Positions 1 through 8,811 of a DNA stretch of 36,346 bases are shown here, one piece after another; positions within the stretch are counted from its first letter, which is position 1; every line of letters begins with the position of its first letter. The stretch lies in sequence record DRR723986_5547, one strand, 5' to 3'. The translations under genes and the position numbers were made by a program. Under the pieces are notes generated by a model. That model saw only the letters and a list, made by a program, of their open reading frames with translations, searched no databases and was not told the DNA's origin.

Positions 1-40
1 AACTTGCCGCCCAGAACAACTTGCCGCCCAAACAGCTTGC
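1..40. repeat. Short imperfect tandem repeat (16-17 bp unit, AACTTGCCGCCCA[G]AAC), truncated by the window start
   Basis: aacttgccgcccagaac (1-17), aacttgccgcccaaac (18-33), then degenerate agcttgc; lies downstream of the recQ stop. Confidence 0.8.
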
Positions 41-71
41 TGACTAGTTTGCCACTACGAAGATGGGCTCG

Positions 72-2864
72 TTAAGACAATCCAGCAGCGCTCCGTCGTT
101 GGAGATGCCGCAGCAGTCTTCGCTGCCCAGTAGACAGCTCTTCGTCGCCCTCCGAACTGATCCACTGCCGGGGCACCGTGCGTCCTGCATCAAGTGCCTG
201 AGTTAGACTAGCCGCCAATTGAAGGTCATCCATACGCCGAACCTTTTCAACCTCTCTCCATCGGTAGCCCTCACTGAATAGCCTAACAGTCCATTGCCAA
301 TCATCCTTTGTCGAAGCCCCCAGTGAAGGACTTTCATGCGGCGTAGTGCTCTCCGGTGTTTCGCCCGAGCCAACTCCCTTGATAGTTGCATTCTGACTCT
401 CCGCCCGGCGCGTCGCTCGTGTTTCCGTTTCCTCTGCTTCCACTGCCTCTTTACCCGCTGTCCCGGGAACAACCAACTCAGATGCGCGTTGAATCTTAAA
501 GCCCGTATCAGACTCCAACTGGGGAACCGCTCTGGGTGACTCAACACTGCTGCGTTGCTCTGCAGCCGGCGGCTTGGAAGCGGGAAGCGAGGACGACGAG
601 GACGTTGCTTGACTCGTACCCGGTGCGTCACTGGCTTGCTTGGCCTTGTTTGCTGGACTAGCTTGCACATTAGAACCAACTGCAGCAAACAACTTGTTTC
701 TCAACGGCGACTGCAATTCAACGCCCGCAAGCACTTCCGCCCGAAGGCTTTCGTCGGTTATCTGTGGCGATACAGAGATCGTTGGTCGATTCCGATTTAC
801 TTCCTGCTGCACCAATGCCCCGGAAGCCAGGAGTTGTTCCACGAGTGCAACTGCATCGGCTTGACGAAACCCTTTGAGCATTCCGAAGCCGCTTAGGCGA
901 TGAAGATGTAGTTTTTGAACCTTGGCGTTCTGCGATCCGCACAGATACTGAGCGATTAGGTGCTTTCCAAGTCGGCCATGGATCCGCCCAATGGCATCCA
1001 TCACCATTGCAAGGCTCCGCACCAAAACATCGTCCACTTTGACCGCCTCGGCCTTTGGTTCTGAGGATTCGCCATCCCGCTGACCAATGGCTTTGGCTTG
1101 GGATTCTTGCTGTTCCGCTGATTCGTCTTCGGGAACATTGAAAGCGGGCCATCCAGCACGTCGGCCACACCGGTCACACTGACTGCAGTTTTCCGGGTTG
1201 GGGTCACCGAAGTAATTGAGGATTGTCTTCTGTCGGCACAGCGGCGACTGTGCAAATTTGACAACGTTCTCAAGTCGCTCGACCTCTGCGGCTTTGCGCT
1301 TCTGCAACGCCTGGAAGTCAATTCCCAGCTTGTCAAATGCGACACCGTGCTTCTTGAAATGCACCGCTCGGCCGCGAAACGGCGGAACGTAGTCAACGGG
1401 CTCAAGTTTTGCGAGCTCTCGCAGCGCGCGAGTGACAGTCTCTCGCTTGAGGCCGGATTCTTGAAGCAACCATCGCGGATGAATGGTCACCGATTCGTAT
1501 CGCCGTTGCCCTACGGCTCGCTCCAGGAGGCGAAGAACAATCCGTCGCACCTTCGCCTCGCGCGGCAGCATTTCGAGCAGCGTCGGAAGATTGCTGTCGA
1601 TTCTTACGACGGCCATGCCACTGCCCATTTCCAGCCGTTGAAGTACGCCTGTTCGAGCAAGCACTTGTAGGCTGCTTCCGATCGCTTCAGGTGACACGCT
1701 TAGCCCAAGTGCATCCCGTATCTCTTCCTGGGTTAGCTCAATTGGGTCTTCTTCTCGTTCGACCAAGAACTCATAAACGGATTGCATCACTTGGCGTGAC
1801 GGATAACTGTTGTCGATAAAAAAGTCTTGAATGTAGCGATCTTGATACGAATAGAGCATTACACACTGTGAGTGCTTTCCGTCACGCCCTGCCCTGCCCG
1901 CTTCCTGGTAATAGGCTTCGAGTGAGCCGGGCATGTTGTAATGAATTACAAACCTCAGATCCGCTTTATCGATCCCCATCCCGAATGCATTGGTGGCGAC
2001 GACAATTTTCAGGTCGCCACGCATGAATTTTTCTTGAATCTGCCTACGACCGTCTGGCATCAATCCTGCATGATATGCACCGACGCGTACTTTTGTTTTC
2101 TTACCGATCGTCTCCACGAGTTCATCACAACGTTTTCGGGTGGCGCAGTAGACTATGCCGCTGCCACGCTCCTGGGACAGAAACCGCAGTAGCTGCTCAT
2201 CTTTTTCACGATCGCTTTGGCAAGTTACAACGCCAAAATGCAAGTTTGGACGAGCGAACCCGCTCATGAACTGCTTTGGTCGCTTCAGCCCAAGCACCGA
2301 AACAATGTCCTCACGAACGCGAGGAGTTGCCGTGGCGGTCAGTGCTACCGTTTGAATCCCACCCAACCACTCTCGAAACTGGCCAATGCGGGTATAGTCG
2401 GGACGGAAGTCGTGCCCCCACTGGCTTATACAATGCGCTTCGTCGATAGCAAGCAACTGGATTGGTGTCGATCGAATCGCCTCTTGAAATCGGGGATTCC
2501 TTAGTCGCTCAGGGGCAACGTACACCATCTTGTACTTGCCGGTCGCAATGTCGTTGAGGCGACTTTCTTGCTCGGAGTGCGACAACGTGCTGTTCAGTAG
2601 TGCGGCCGCGATCCCTAACTGGCCCAAGCGATCAACCTGGTCCTTCATCAGTGCGATTAGGGGTGAGACGACAATTGTCAGGCCGGGACGAATGACGCTC
2701 GGTAGCTGGTAGCAAAGACTTTTGCCACCTCCCGTTGGCATGACGCACAAAAGGTCTTCGCCACGCACAATCGATTCGATGACGTCCTGCTGTCCAGTGC
2801 GGAAGGCTTCCAAGTTGAAGGTCTTCAGGGCCGATTGCACAGCTTCGGAAACAGTTTCGGACAT
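72..2864 (-). CDS. recQ: RecQ-family ATP-dependent DNA helicase
   Basis: Motifs MPTGGGKSLCYQLP, SPLIALMKDQV, DEAHCISQWGHDFRP, TATAT, AFGMGIDK and QEAGRAGRDG; Zn site CRQ..YFG....CSQCDRC; RQC-like segment. ATG at 2864 (in-frame TTG at 2867). Confidence 0.95.
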   Translation of the reverse strand: MSETVSEAVQSALKTFNLEAFRTGQQDVIESIVRGEDLLCVMPTGGGKSLCYQLPSVIRPGLTIVVSPLIALMKDQVDRLGQLGIAAALLNSTLSHSEQESRLNDIATGKYKMVYVAPERLRNPRFQEAIRSTPIQLLAIDEAHCISQWGHDFRPDYTRIGQFREWLGGIQTVALTATATPRVREDIVSVLGLKRPKQFMSGFARPNLHFGVVTCQSDREKDEQLLRFLSQERGSGIVYCATRKRCDELVETIGKKTKVRVGAYHAGLMPDGRRQIQEKFMRGDLKIVVATNAFGMGIDKADLRFVIHYNMPGSLEAYYQEAGRAGRDGKHSQCVMLYSYQDRYIQDFFIDNSYPSRQVMQSVYEFLVEREEDPIELTQEEIRDALGLSVSPEAIGSSLQVLARTGVLQRLEMGSGMAVVRIDSNLPTLLEMLPREAKVRRIVLRLLERAVGQRRYESVTIHPRWLLQESGLKRETVTRALRELAKLEPVDYVPPFRGRAVHFKKHGVAFDKLGIDFQALQKRKAAEVERLENVVKFAQSPLCRQKTILNYFGDPNPENCSQCDRCGRRAGWPAFNVPEDESAEQQESQAKAIGQRDGESSEPKAEAVKVDDVLVRSLAMVMDAIGRIHGRLGKHLIAQYLCGSQNAKVQKLHLHRLSGFGMLKGFRQADAVALVEQLLASGALVQQEVNRNRPTISVSPQITDESLRAEVLAGVELQSPLRNKLFAAVGSNVQASPANKAKQASDAPGTSQATSSSSSLPASKPPAAEQRSSVESPRAVPQLESDTGFKIQRASELVVPGTAGKEAVEAEETETRATRRAESQNATIKGVGSGETPESTTPHESPSLGASTKDDWQWTVRLFSEGYRWREVEKVRRMDDLQLAASLTQALDAGRTVPRQWISSEGDEELSTGQRRLLRHLQRRSAAGLS

Positions 2865-3086
2865 CAACGATACTCTTGGATGGTTCTAGTGCCCTGGCAG
2901 AAGAAACCTAGGCTGGTACGAGGCAATTTTAAGCCTGAAAGCGCCCCCTGAGCGATTGCCAAGATCGCAAGGCACCGAAGGGCGGCTGTCGCCTACTCAT
3001 GATCGGCAATATTCTATCTTATCGAAGGAGGCGCCGAGCGACGGCGTCCCCCCGCGTCCCCTAAATCGTACCGCCTGACAGCTCCT

Positions 3087-3902
3087 ATGACCATCCAGTT
3101 GCAAACTGCATTCCTCCCAAGTCTGATCTCTGATCAAGCAGCCGCCGAGGCGGAAGCTACGATCGTGATCGACACACTACGCTTCACCACGACTGCCGCG
3201 CAAGCTCTGTCGGCCGGCGCGAACAGCCTACAAGCAGTTGCCGACATCAAATCAGCAAAGGATCTGGCCCAGAACCAGCACTCCATTGTCGGCGTAATCA
3301 AGCTCTGCGGTGAACGCAATTGCAAGCCAATCGAAGGGTTCGACCTCGGCAACAGCCCGACGGAGTACACACCTGAGTCCGTTGGCAATTGCGACTTGGT
3401 TTTTACAACAACCAACGGAACGAGGGCCGTGCAAAAAGCACGCAACGGATCATCAATCTTCCTGGGATCACTCACGAACCGCCGCGTGCTCTGCGATCAC
3501 CTTTGCGACAAAGTACATCGCCTGCTCCTCATTTGTTCAGGAACAGACGGTTTCCTAACCGCCGAGGATATCCTGACGGCCGGAGCCATCGTTGCATTTC
3601 TTGCAGAGTCTAAGCCTATTGAGGCAACCGACGACACGACTGTAATAGCACACAACATGTGGCGTCACCTGAGCGACAAACCTGCCGTGTACGAACGTGC
3701 ACCTGCAAGCGTACTGGAGAGCGTGGGGAATCCCAATCAGAAAAGAGCTATTCGCGAAGCGCTTGCCAGTTCACGCGGCGGCATCAACCTACTGGGGGCG
3801 GGTTACGAAGCTGACCTGAGCCTGGCCGCCGACTTGGATTCTTGCACATCGATTCCACACAGCAGCAGCGACGGAATATTCAGAGACCTTGCGAGTACCT
3901 AG
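3087..3902 (+). CDS. comB: 2-phosphosulfolactate phosphatase family protein (ComB-like)
   Basis: IVIDTLRFTTT, GER...IEGFDLGNSP, TTTNGT and ED...AG family motifs. Confidence 0.88.
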   Translation: MTIQLQTAFLPSLISDQAAAEAEATIVIDTLRFTTTAAQALSAGANSLQAVADIKSAKDLAQNQHSIVGVIKLCGERNCKPIEGFDLGNSPTEYTPESVGNCDLVFTTTNGTRAVQKARNGSSIFLGSLTNRRVLCDHLCDKVHRLLLICSGTDGFLTAEDILTAGAIVAFLAESKPIEATDDTTVIAHNMWRHLSDKPAVYERAPASVLESVGNPNQKRAIREALASSRGGINLLGAGYEADLSLAADLDSCTSIPHSSSDGIFRDLAST

Positions 3903-3912
3903 CACTCGCACC

Positions 3913-4698
3913 TTAAAGCTCGGCAATCAGCTCTTTCGCCAAAGCATCAACCGCACCGAGAGCGCCCTGCCCCTCCTCAGCCAGTCGCCGAACTACAGCA
4001 GAGCCGACGATAATTCCGTCTGCGACCGGCCCCAGCTTCTGAACGTGCTCGGGTTTGCTAATACCGAAACCAATGCAAACTGGCGTATCAGTCTGTTCTC
4101 GGAGCCACTGCACTTTCTCGGTCAACTCCGGCGGCAACTCATTTCGTTCCCCCGTGATCCCAGTCACCGAGACAAAGTAGATGAATCCTGTCGAGTGTTT
4201 CGCGATCTCGATCATTCGATCATCAGGCGTGGTTGGTGTAACCAGGTGAATCAAGCTGAAATCCCTTGCAGCGCATCGCTCACGCAAGTCGCCTGCTTCC
4301 TCGACGAGCAAGTCGGGTACAATTGCACCGGAAAACCCAGCCGCAATCGCTTGATCAAGAAACGAATCCGCGCCCACACGATCGATAATTGAGTAGCTTA
4401 CCATCGCGACCAGCGGCATCCCCAATTCGGGAGCAACGGCACCGATTGCATCAAAGATCTTGCTGATCGTGATGCCCGAATCCAGAGCACGGGTGTAAGA
4501 GGCTTGAATTACGGGCCCGTCTGCGATTGGATCGCTGTACGGAAAGCCAACTTCGGCTATCGCTGCACCACTTGCACTAAGCTGCTTGAGGGCCTGCACC
4601 GTGACGCCCAGATCTGGATCACCAGCAGTTACGAATGGGATAAAAGCTTTTTTGCCGCTGGAACGGAGCTCGGCAAAGCGATCGTCAACTGCTGACAT
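3913..4698 (-). CDS. trpA: Tryptophan synthase alpha chain
   Basis: FVTAGDP, EVGFPYSDPIADGPVIQ, SVTGITG, GFGIS and ADGIIVGSA; downstream of trpB. Confidence 0.98.
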   Translation of the reverse strand: MSAVDDRFAELRSSGKKAFIPFVTAGDPDLGVTVQALKQLSASGAAIAEVGFPYSDPIADGPVIQASYTRALDSGITISKIFDAIGAVAPELGMPLVAMVSYSIIDRVGADSFLDQAIAAGFSGAIVPDLLVEEAGDLRERCAARDFSLIHLVTPTTPDDRMIEIAKHSTGFIYFVSVTGITGERNELPPELTEKVQWLREQTDTPVCIGFGISKPEHVQKLGPVADGIIVGSAVVRRLAEEGQGALGAVDALAKELIAEL

Positions 4699-4769
4699 AA
4701 CAATTCTCAGTGAGCAAAATCTTGGGCGATGAGTAAGATCGAAACAGTGAATTCGAAGAGCGATTTGGA

Positions 4770-5993
4770 CTAGTAGTCTTCACCACGCAGGCGAGCTATC
4801 TCAGCGGCATCTTTATCGCCCCGCCCGCTTAGACAAACCATGACTATCTTGTCGGCAGGTGTCTCAGCGGCAATCTCCATCGCCTTTGCAACCGCGTGCG
4901 ACGACTCCAATGCTGGCAAGATCCCTTCCGCCTTCGCGACTTTGTCAAACGTCGCGAGTGCTTGTCCGTCTTGACATTCGGTATAGGTAACGCGGCTCGC
5001 ATCTTTCCAGAAGCTATGCTCGGGACCGACGCCTGGATAATCCAGCCCGGCTGAAACCGAATGCACCGGAGATGTCTGGCCATCATCGTCTTGCATGACG
5101 TAGCTGTAACTTCCATGCAGGACACCGGGAGAACCATGTGTTAAGGGAGAGGCATTCTGTCCCGGCTCTGCTGACAGCCCACCCGCTTCAACGCCAATCA
5201 ATTCAACGCCATCGTCCTCAACAAACGGATAGAACATTCCCGCCGCATTGGAGCCTCCTCCAACGCAAGCGACCACCTTGTCCGGCAGTCGACCGAACTC
5301 CTCCAAACTCTGGCTTCGAGCTTCGCGTCCGATCACAGACTGGAAATCCCGAACCATCATCGGAAACGGATGCGGCCCAATCACCGAACCGATTATGTAG
5401 TGAGTGTCCTCGACCGACGACATCCAATCTCGCATGGCTTCATTGACCGCGTCGCGAAGCGTCTTTGATCCGCTAGTAACCGGACGAACTTCGGCCCCCA
5501 TTAGTTTCATGCTGAAAACATTGGGCTTCTGCCGTCGCACGTCTTCGGCCCCCATGTACACAACGCACGGTAGCCCAAAATGGGCGCATGCAGTCGCCGA
5601 GGCAACGCCATGCTGTCCAGCACCGGTCTCAGCGATAACGCGCTTCTTCCCCATTCGGAGCGTCAGCAATGCTTGGCCAAGCGTATTGTTGATCTTGTGT
5701 GCGCCGGTGTGATTCAGATCCTCGCGTTTGAACCAAATCTGGGCTCCGCCGCACACCTCGCTTAAACGTTTCGCGTGGTACAGCGGGCTTGGCCGACCGA
5801 CGAATCGCTTCAGGAGATAATCAAGTTCGGCGGCGAATTCTGGATCCTTCTGGGCCGATTCGTACTCGGCGGTCAATTCGTCCAGGGCTCGGGTGAGAGT
5901 TTCGGGGACGAATCGCCCACCAAACTTACCGAACCTTCCTCGCTGATCGGGCTGCGCGGCAGGGGAATCTGTCTTGGATTCTGTTGTGCTCAT
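4770..5993 (-). CDS. trpB: Tryptophan synthase beta chain
   Basis: [15 protein letters not shown] (PLP Lys), [26 protein letters not shown] and LSGRGDKD. Confidence 0.99.
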   Translation of the reverse strand: MSTTESKTDSPAAQPDQRGRFGKFGGRFVPETLTRALDELTAEYESAQKDPEFAAELDYLLKRFVGRPSPLYHAKRLSEVCGGAQIWFKREDLNHTGAHKINNTLGQALLTLRMGKKRVIAETGAGQHGVASATACAHFGLPCVVYMGAEDVRRQKPNVFSMKLMGAEVRPVTSGSKTLRDAVNEAMRDWMSSVEDTHYIIGSVIGPHPFPMMVRDFQSVIGREARSQSLEEFGRLPDKVVACVGGGSNAAGMFYPFVEDDGVELIGVEAGGLSAEPGQNASPLTHGSPGVLHGSYSYVMQDDDGQTSPVHSVSAGLDYPGVGPEHSFWKDASRVTYTECQDGQALATFDKVAKAEGILPALESSHAVAKAMEIAAETPADKIVMVCLSGRGDKDAAEIARLRGEDY

Positions 5994-6047
5994 TGATTTA
6001 GTACCGCAACGGCGGATCAGTCTTTAACGGTCTGGTATTCGACGCGG

Positions 6048-6066
6048 TCGACAACAAAATTGTCGA
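6048..6066. promoter_or_regulatory. Inverted repeat TCGACAA-N5-TTGTCGA overlapping the trpBA -10 box; candidate operator or hairpin
   Basis: Perfect 7-bp arms at 6048-6054 and 6060-6066. Confidence 0.45.
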
Positions 6067-6087
6067 GCCACAACCAGTGTTGGTCAA
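6059..6087 (-). promoter_or_regulatory. Putative sigma70-type promoter for trpBA
   Basis: The minus strand reads TTGACC (6087-6082), 17 nt, GACAAT (6064-6059), about 65 nt upstream of the trpB ATG. Confidence 0.55.
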
Positions 6088-6098
6088 GTAAGGATGGA

Positions 6099-7469
6099 TT
6101 AGAGGCGTACCCAAACCGCGTTCAGGTACTCTGTTTCAGGGCAATTTGCTGAAATAGGGTGACAGGCAGCCGCTCCCGTCTTGGCGAATATCTGCATATT
6201 CCTTGGTTCAGGATTCGGATTCAGCTCACTTGGCCGGAAAGCACTCCGTCCAGCGGCCCGTACGACTCGCAGAAAATCGTGCTCTGCCAGAAGCCCAGCA
6301 CAGGTGCAACTTAGCATTAAACCACCAGGTCGCACTAACTGCATCGCCAATCGATTGAGATCAAAGTGCTTTCGTGTCCCCTCATCAATCTCACTCCGGT
6401 TACGAATGAGCTTTGGCGGATCCAGAACAACGACATCGAACATGCGCCCGTTACGAATCATGTCTCGCATGAAGCCAAACGCGTCTGCCTGAGTAAATTT
6501 GCAGCGGACACCATTGAGACGCGCATTCTCTTGCGCAGTTTTCAACGGCGCTTCGTCCAAATCGACGCCCGTCACACTGCTTGCCTTTCCTTGGTGCGCT
6601 GCCATGATCGAAAAACCACCCGTGTAGCAGCAGACATCAAGAACGTCCTTGCCGACGCAGTGTTCGGCCAGCATTTGGCGATTCGAACGCTGATCGCAAA
6701 AGAATCCGGTCTTGTGTCCAGTCGCAAACTCGACCTTGTAGCGAGTGTCTCCCTCGCGTACCTCAACGGACGGTGGCAAGTTCTCGCTGCTAAAGGCTGA
6801 GAATGTAAACCCATCCTGGCTCTGCAGAAACGGGCCGGGTTGCACTAACCAATGCGACAGCCCCATCCGATCCGCCAAGGCGGATACAATCTGGCGAACC
6901 CTGGGTATCATCGCTGCACTGAACACCTCTGCGCTTAAACAGTCTGCGTAGCGGTCCACCACCAGTCCAGGCATCCCATCTGCTTCGGCATGGATCACGC
7001 GGTACGTGTCGCAGAACTCCGGCAGCCGCAATAGACCGTGCCGCAACTCGACGGCTCGGTCTGCGAGCCCTTTCCAGTAAGCTTCGTCTGGGACATTTGG
7101 TGCCCAGCTAACCATGCGAATTGCGACTTCACTCTTGGAGTTGTAAAGGCCATACCCGAGCAAACTAGCGGCCGACTCAGCACCGCGAGATCCAGCACTG
7201 TCGGACTCAGACTGCTCCTCAGGCTCGTCTTGGTGATATACGGCGACGTAGTGACCGGACTCTGGCTTGCCGATAACTTGCTTGATTCGCTTTCGAAAGA
7301 TATTCGGATGCGAAGTTGGCTTGGCCAATACTGCCTGCGGAAGCGTTTCAGAACCGTCAATTGCCAACGGCAAAGTGGCTGGCAGCCGCTCTCGAGGCCC
7401 ATCCTTTCTTCTGTACCCAGTTTTCCTGCCGCCAAAATGACGGTTCTTTCGAGGGTGCTTACCCGACAC
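6099..7469 (-). CDS. rlmI: Class I SAM-dependent rRNA m5C methyltransferase, RlmI/RlmK-like
   Basis: HAEADGMPGLVVDRY, GHKTGFFCDQR, VLDVCCYTGGF, VVLDPP and catalytic-type SCTC; GTG start with GGAG RBS. Confidence 0.85.
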   Translation of the reverse strand: MSGKHPRKNRHFGGRKTGYRRKDGPRERLPATLPLAIDGSETLPQAVLAKPTSHPNIFRKRIKQVIGKPESGHYVAVYHQDEPEEQSESDSAGSRGAESAASLLGYGLYNSKSEVAIRMVSWAPNVPDEAYWKGLADRAVELRHGLLRLPEFCDTYRVIHAEADGMPGLVVDRYADCLSAEVFSAAMIPRVRQIVSALADRMGLSHWLVQPGPFLQSQDGFTFSAFSSENLPPSVEVREGDTRYKVEFATGHKTGFFCDQRSNRQMLAEHCVGKDVLDVCCYTGGFSIMAAHQGKASSVTGVDLDEAPLKTAQENARLNGVRCKFTQADAFGFMRDMIRNGRMFDVVVLDPPKLIRNRSEIDEGTRKHFDLNRLAMQLVRPGGLMLSCTCAGLLAEHDFLRVVRAAGRSAFRPSELNPNPEPRNMQIFAKTGAAACHPISANCPETEYLNAVWVRL

Positions 7470-7745
7470 TGAATACTCCGACGCCTTCGCGAGATCGATT
7501 GAAAGTAGAGATTTCTAACACGCCAACTCTGCCTAGGTGGAACGCTGACCAGACTTCGAAAATATGAGCAGAGCCAATGCAGACGGCCAAACTATGAATC
7601 TTAACCCGATCTTTCCAACTCGCCAGCAACAACACACGGTGCCCGGCAGGATAATTGGATTCTCTCGGCTCATAGCTCGTGCGAACCAGGTGTCCGGTGA
7701 AGCAAGTGAACATTTTGCGTCCCGAGCGCGTCTTGCGAGGTGAAA

Positions 7746-7845
7746 CGCAGGTTGAAGTTCCAGACCTGCGGGCGCTTGACCAACGACGTGGTCGGGCGAT
7801 CGCCGGCTAACGCGCAAAGTGGTTTCGGCCCGCCGCAGCGGTTAG
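7746..7845 (+). other. Three consecutive stem-loops in the HNH leader
   Basis: CGCAGGT/ACCTGCG (7746-7770); CGCTTGACCA/TGGTCGGGCG (7773-7798, two G-U pairs); CTAAC../..GTTAG enclosing a GGT-TTCG-GCC hairpin (7807-7845). Confidence 0.45.
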
Positions 7846-7873
7846 ACTACAGTATCCCAAGTGCCAACCAAGT

Positions 7874-7882
7874 AGGAGGTGA
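7874..7882 (+). promoter_or_regulatory. Strong Shine-Dalgarno sequence of the HNH gene
   Basis: AGGAGGTGA immediately upstream of ATG 7886. Confidence 0.8.
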
Positions 7883-7885
7883 CCA

Positions 7886-8500
7886 ATGGCCGATAGTGCA
7901 TTGCAATGCAACGTTCTGGTCTTGAACCGAATTTACATGGCCATTCGCGTTATCAATGTTCGTCGAGCGTTGACGCTACTTTACCGCGACTGCGCTGAGG
8001 TCATCACGATCGAAGACGGCCGTTACGTAAACTACGAATTTGACGCTTGGTGCGAAGTCAGCCAACTGCTTGCACTCGACAAACAAGAAGGTGAGGAATA
8101 CATCCAAGCAGTCAACTTCGAAATCCAGGTTCCCCGCCTTGTTCGACTGACTCGCTACGACAAGATCCCGAAGTCGACAGTTCGATTCAACCGAAAGAGC
8201 GTTTTTGCGCGTGACGACCATAGCTGCCAATACTGTGGTCAAACGCGGCCCGTCAATCAGCTAAGCCTTGACCACGTCGTTCCTCGATCTCAGGGCGGCA
8301 AGACAAATTGGTCAAACATCGTTTGTTCCTGCCTAAGCTGCAATTCGCGCAAAGGTGGCCGAACACCTGAGCAAGCGAACATGAAACTGCTCAGCAAACC
8401 GACGATGCCCAAAACGAATCCAGCGATCAGCTTGGCAATCGAACAGCCCAAGTATGAAATCTGGAAGTCATTTGTGCAAACGGGCGCATCGGGAGCTTAA
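7886..8500 (+). CDS. HNH endonuclease (McrA-like zinc HNH) with PLMP/RRXRR-like N-terminal domain
   Basis: RD..CQYCG...LSLDHVVPRSQGG..NWSNIVCSCLSCNSRKG (CxxC, DH, N and CxxCN intact); N-terminus VLVLN.....RRALTLL...AEVI. Confidence 0.93.
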   Translation: MADSALQCNVLVLNRIYMAIRVINVRRALTLLYRDCAEVITIEDGRYVNYEFDAWCEVSQLLALDKQEGEEYIQAVNFEIQVPRLVRLTRYDKIPKSTVRFNRKSVFARDDHSCQYCGQTRPVNQLSLDHVVPRSQGGKTNWSNIVCSCLSCNSRKGGRTPEQANMKLLSKPTMPKTNPAISLAIEQPKYEIWKSFVQTGASGA

Positions 8501-8548
8501 CCCACGTGATGCCGGTATCGCGAGAGGCTTCTCCAGCTCGAAGCACTG

Positions 8549-8658
8549 GCCCCGCGCCGCTACCGAGCGCTATCGACCAGCATCCTCAGCAGCTAGAAAG
8601 CTGATGGGGAGGCGTTTTTGATGCGCTGAGAACATTTCGGACGCCGAGGCGGCGGGGC
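8549..8658 (+). other. Nested long stem-loop downstream of the HNH gene; the inner hairpin plus T5 could be an intrinsic terminator
   Basis: GCCCCGC/GCGGGGC (8549-8555/8652-8658); AGCGC-ATCGA/TTGATGCGCT (8566-8576/8618-8627); TCCTCA-CAGCT/AGCTG-TGGGGA (8583-8610) followed by GGCGTTTTT. Confidence 0.5.
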
Positions 8659-8811
8659 ATTCCCTGAATCCGTGACAACGAACCGCATTGTGGAGTGGTT
8701 TGATCTACAATGAGTCTGTAAACTTCGGCCCTTGGATTCGCATGCTTCTTGCCCGATCGCATGCGAAGAAAAATGTCGCCATGGCCGCCCGCTTGCTCGG
8801 AGTTCAAGACA

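Noticed and set aside
5994-6098. trp leader peptide, attenuator or T-box
   Set aside because: No short Trp-rich ORF, no T-box motif and no U-tailed terminator in the leader.
7746-7770. tRNA-like T-arm (GCAGG...CCTGC)
   Set aside because: The loop lacks TTCRA and no cloverleaf or CCA end can be built.
7470-8811. IS200/IS605 element or group I/II intron carrying the HNH gene
   Set aside because: No Y1/serine transposase, RuvC motifs, reverse transcriptase or interrupted host gene; the flanking genes are intact.
8749-8811. N-terminal extension of the TerB-like ORF
   Set aside because: It overlaps a hairpin, has no RBS and precedes the domain; GTG 8812 with GGAG is the better start.
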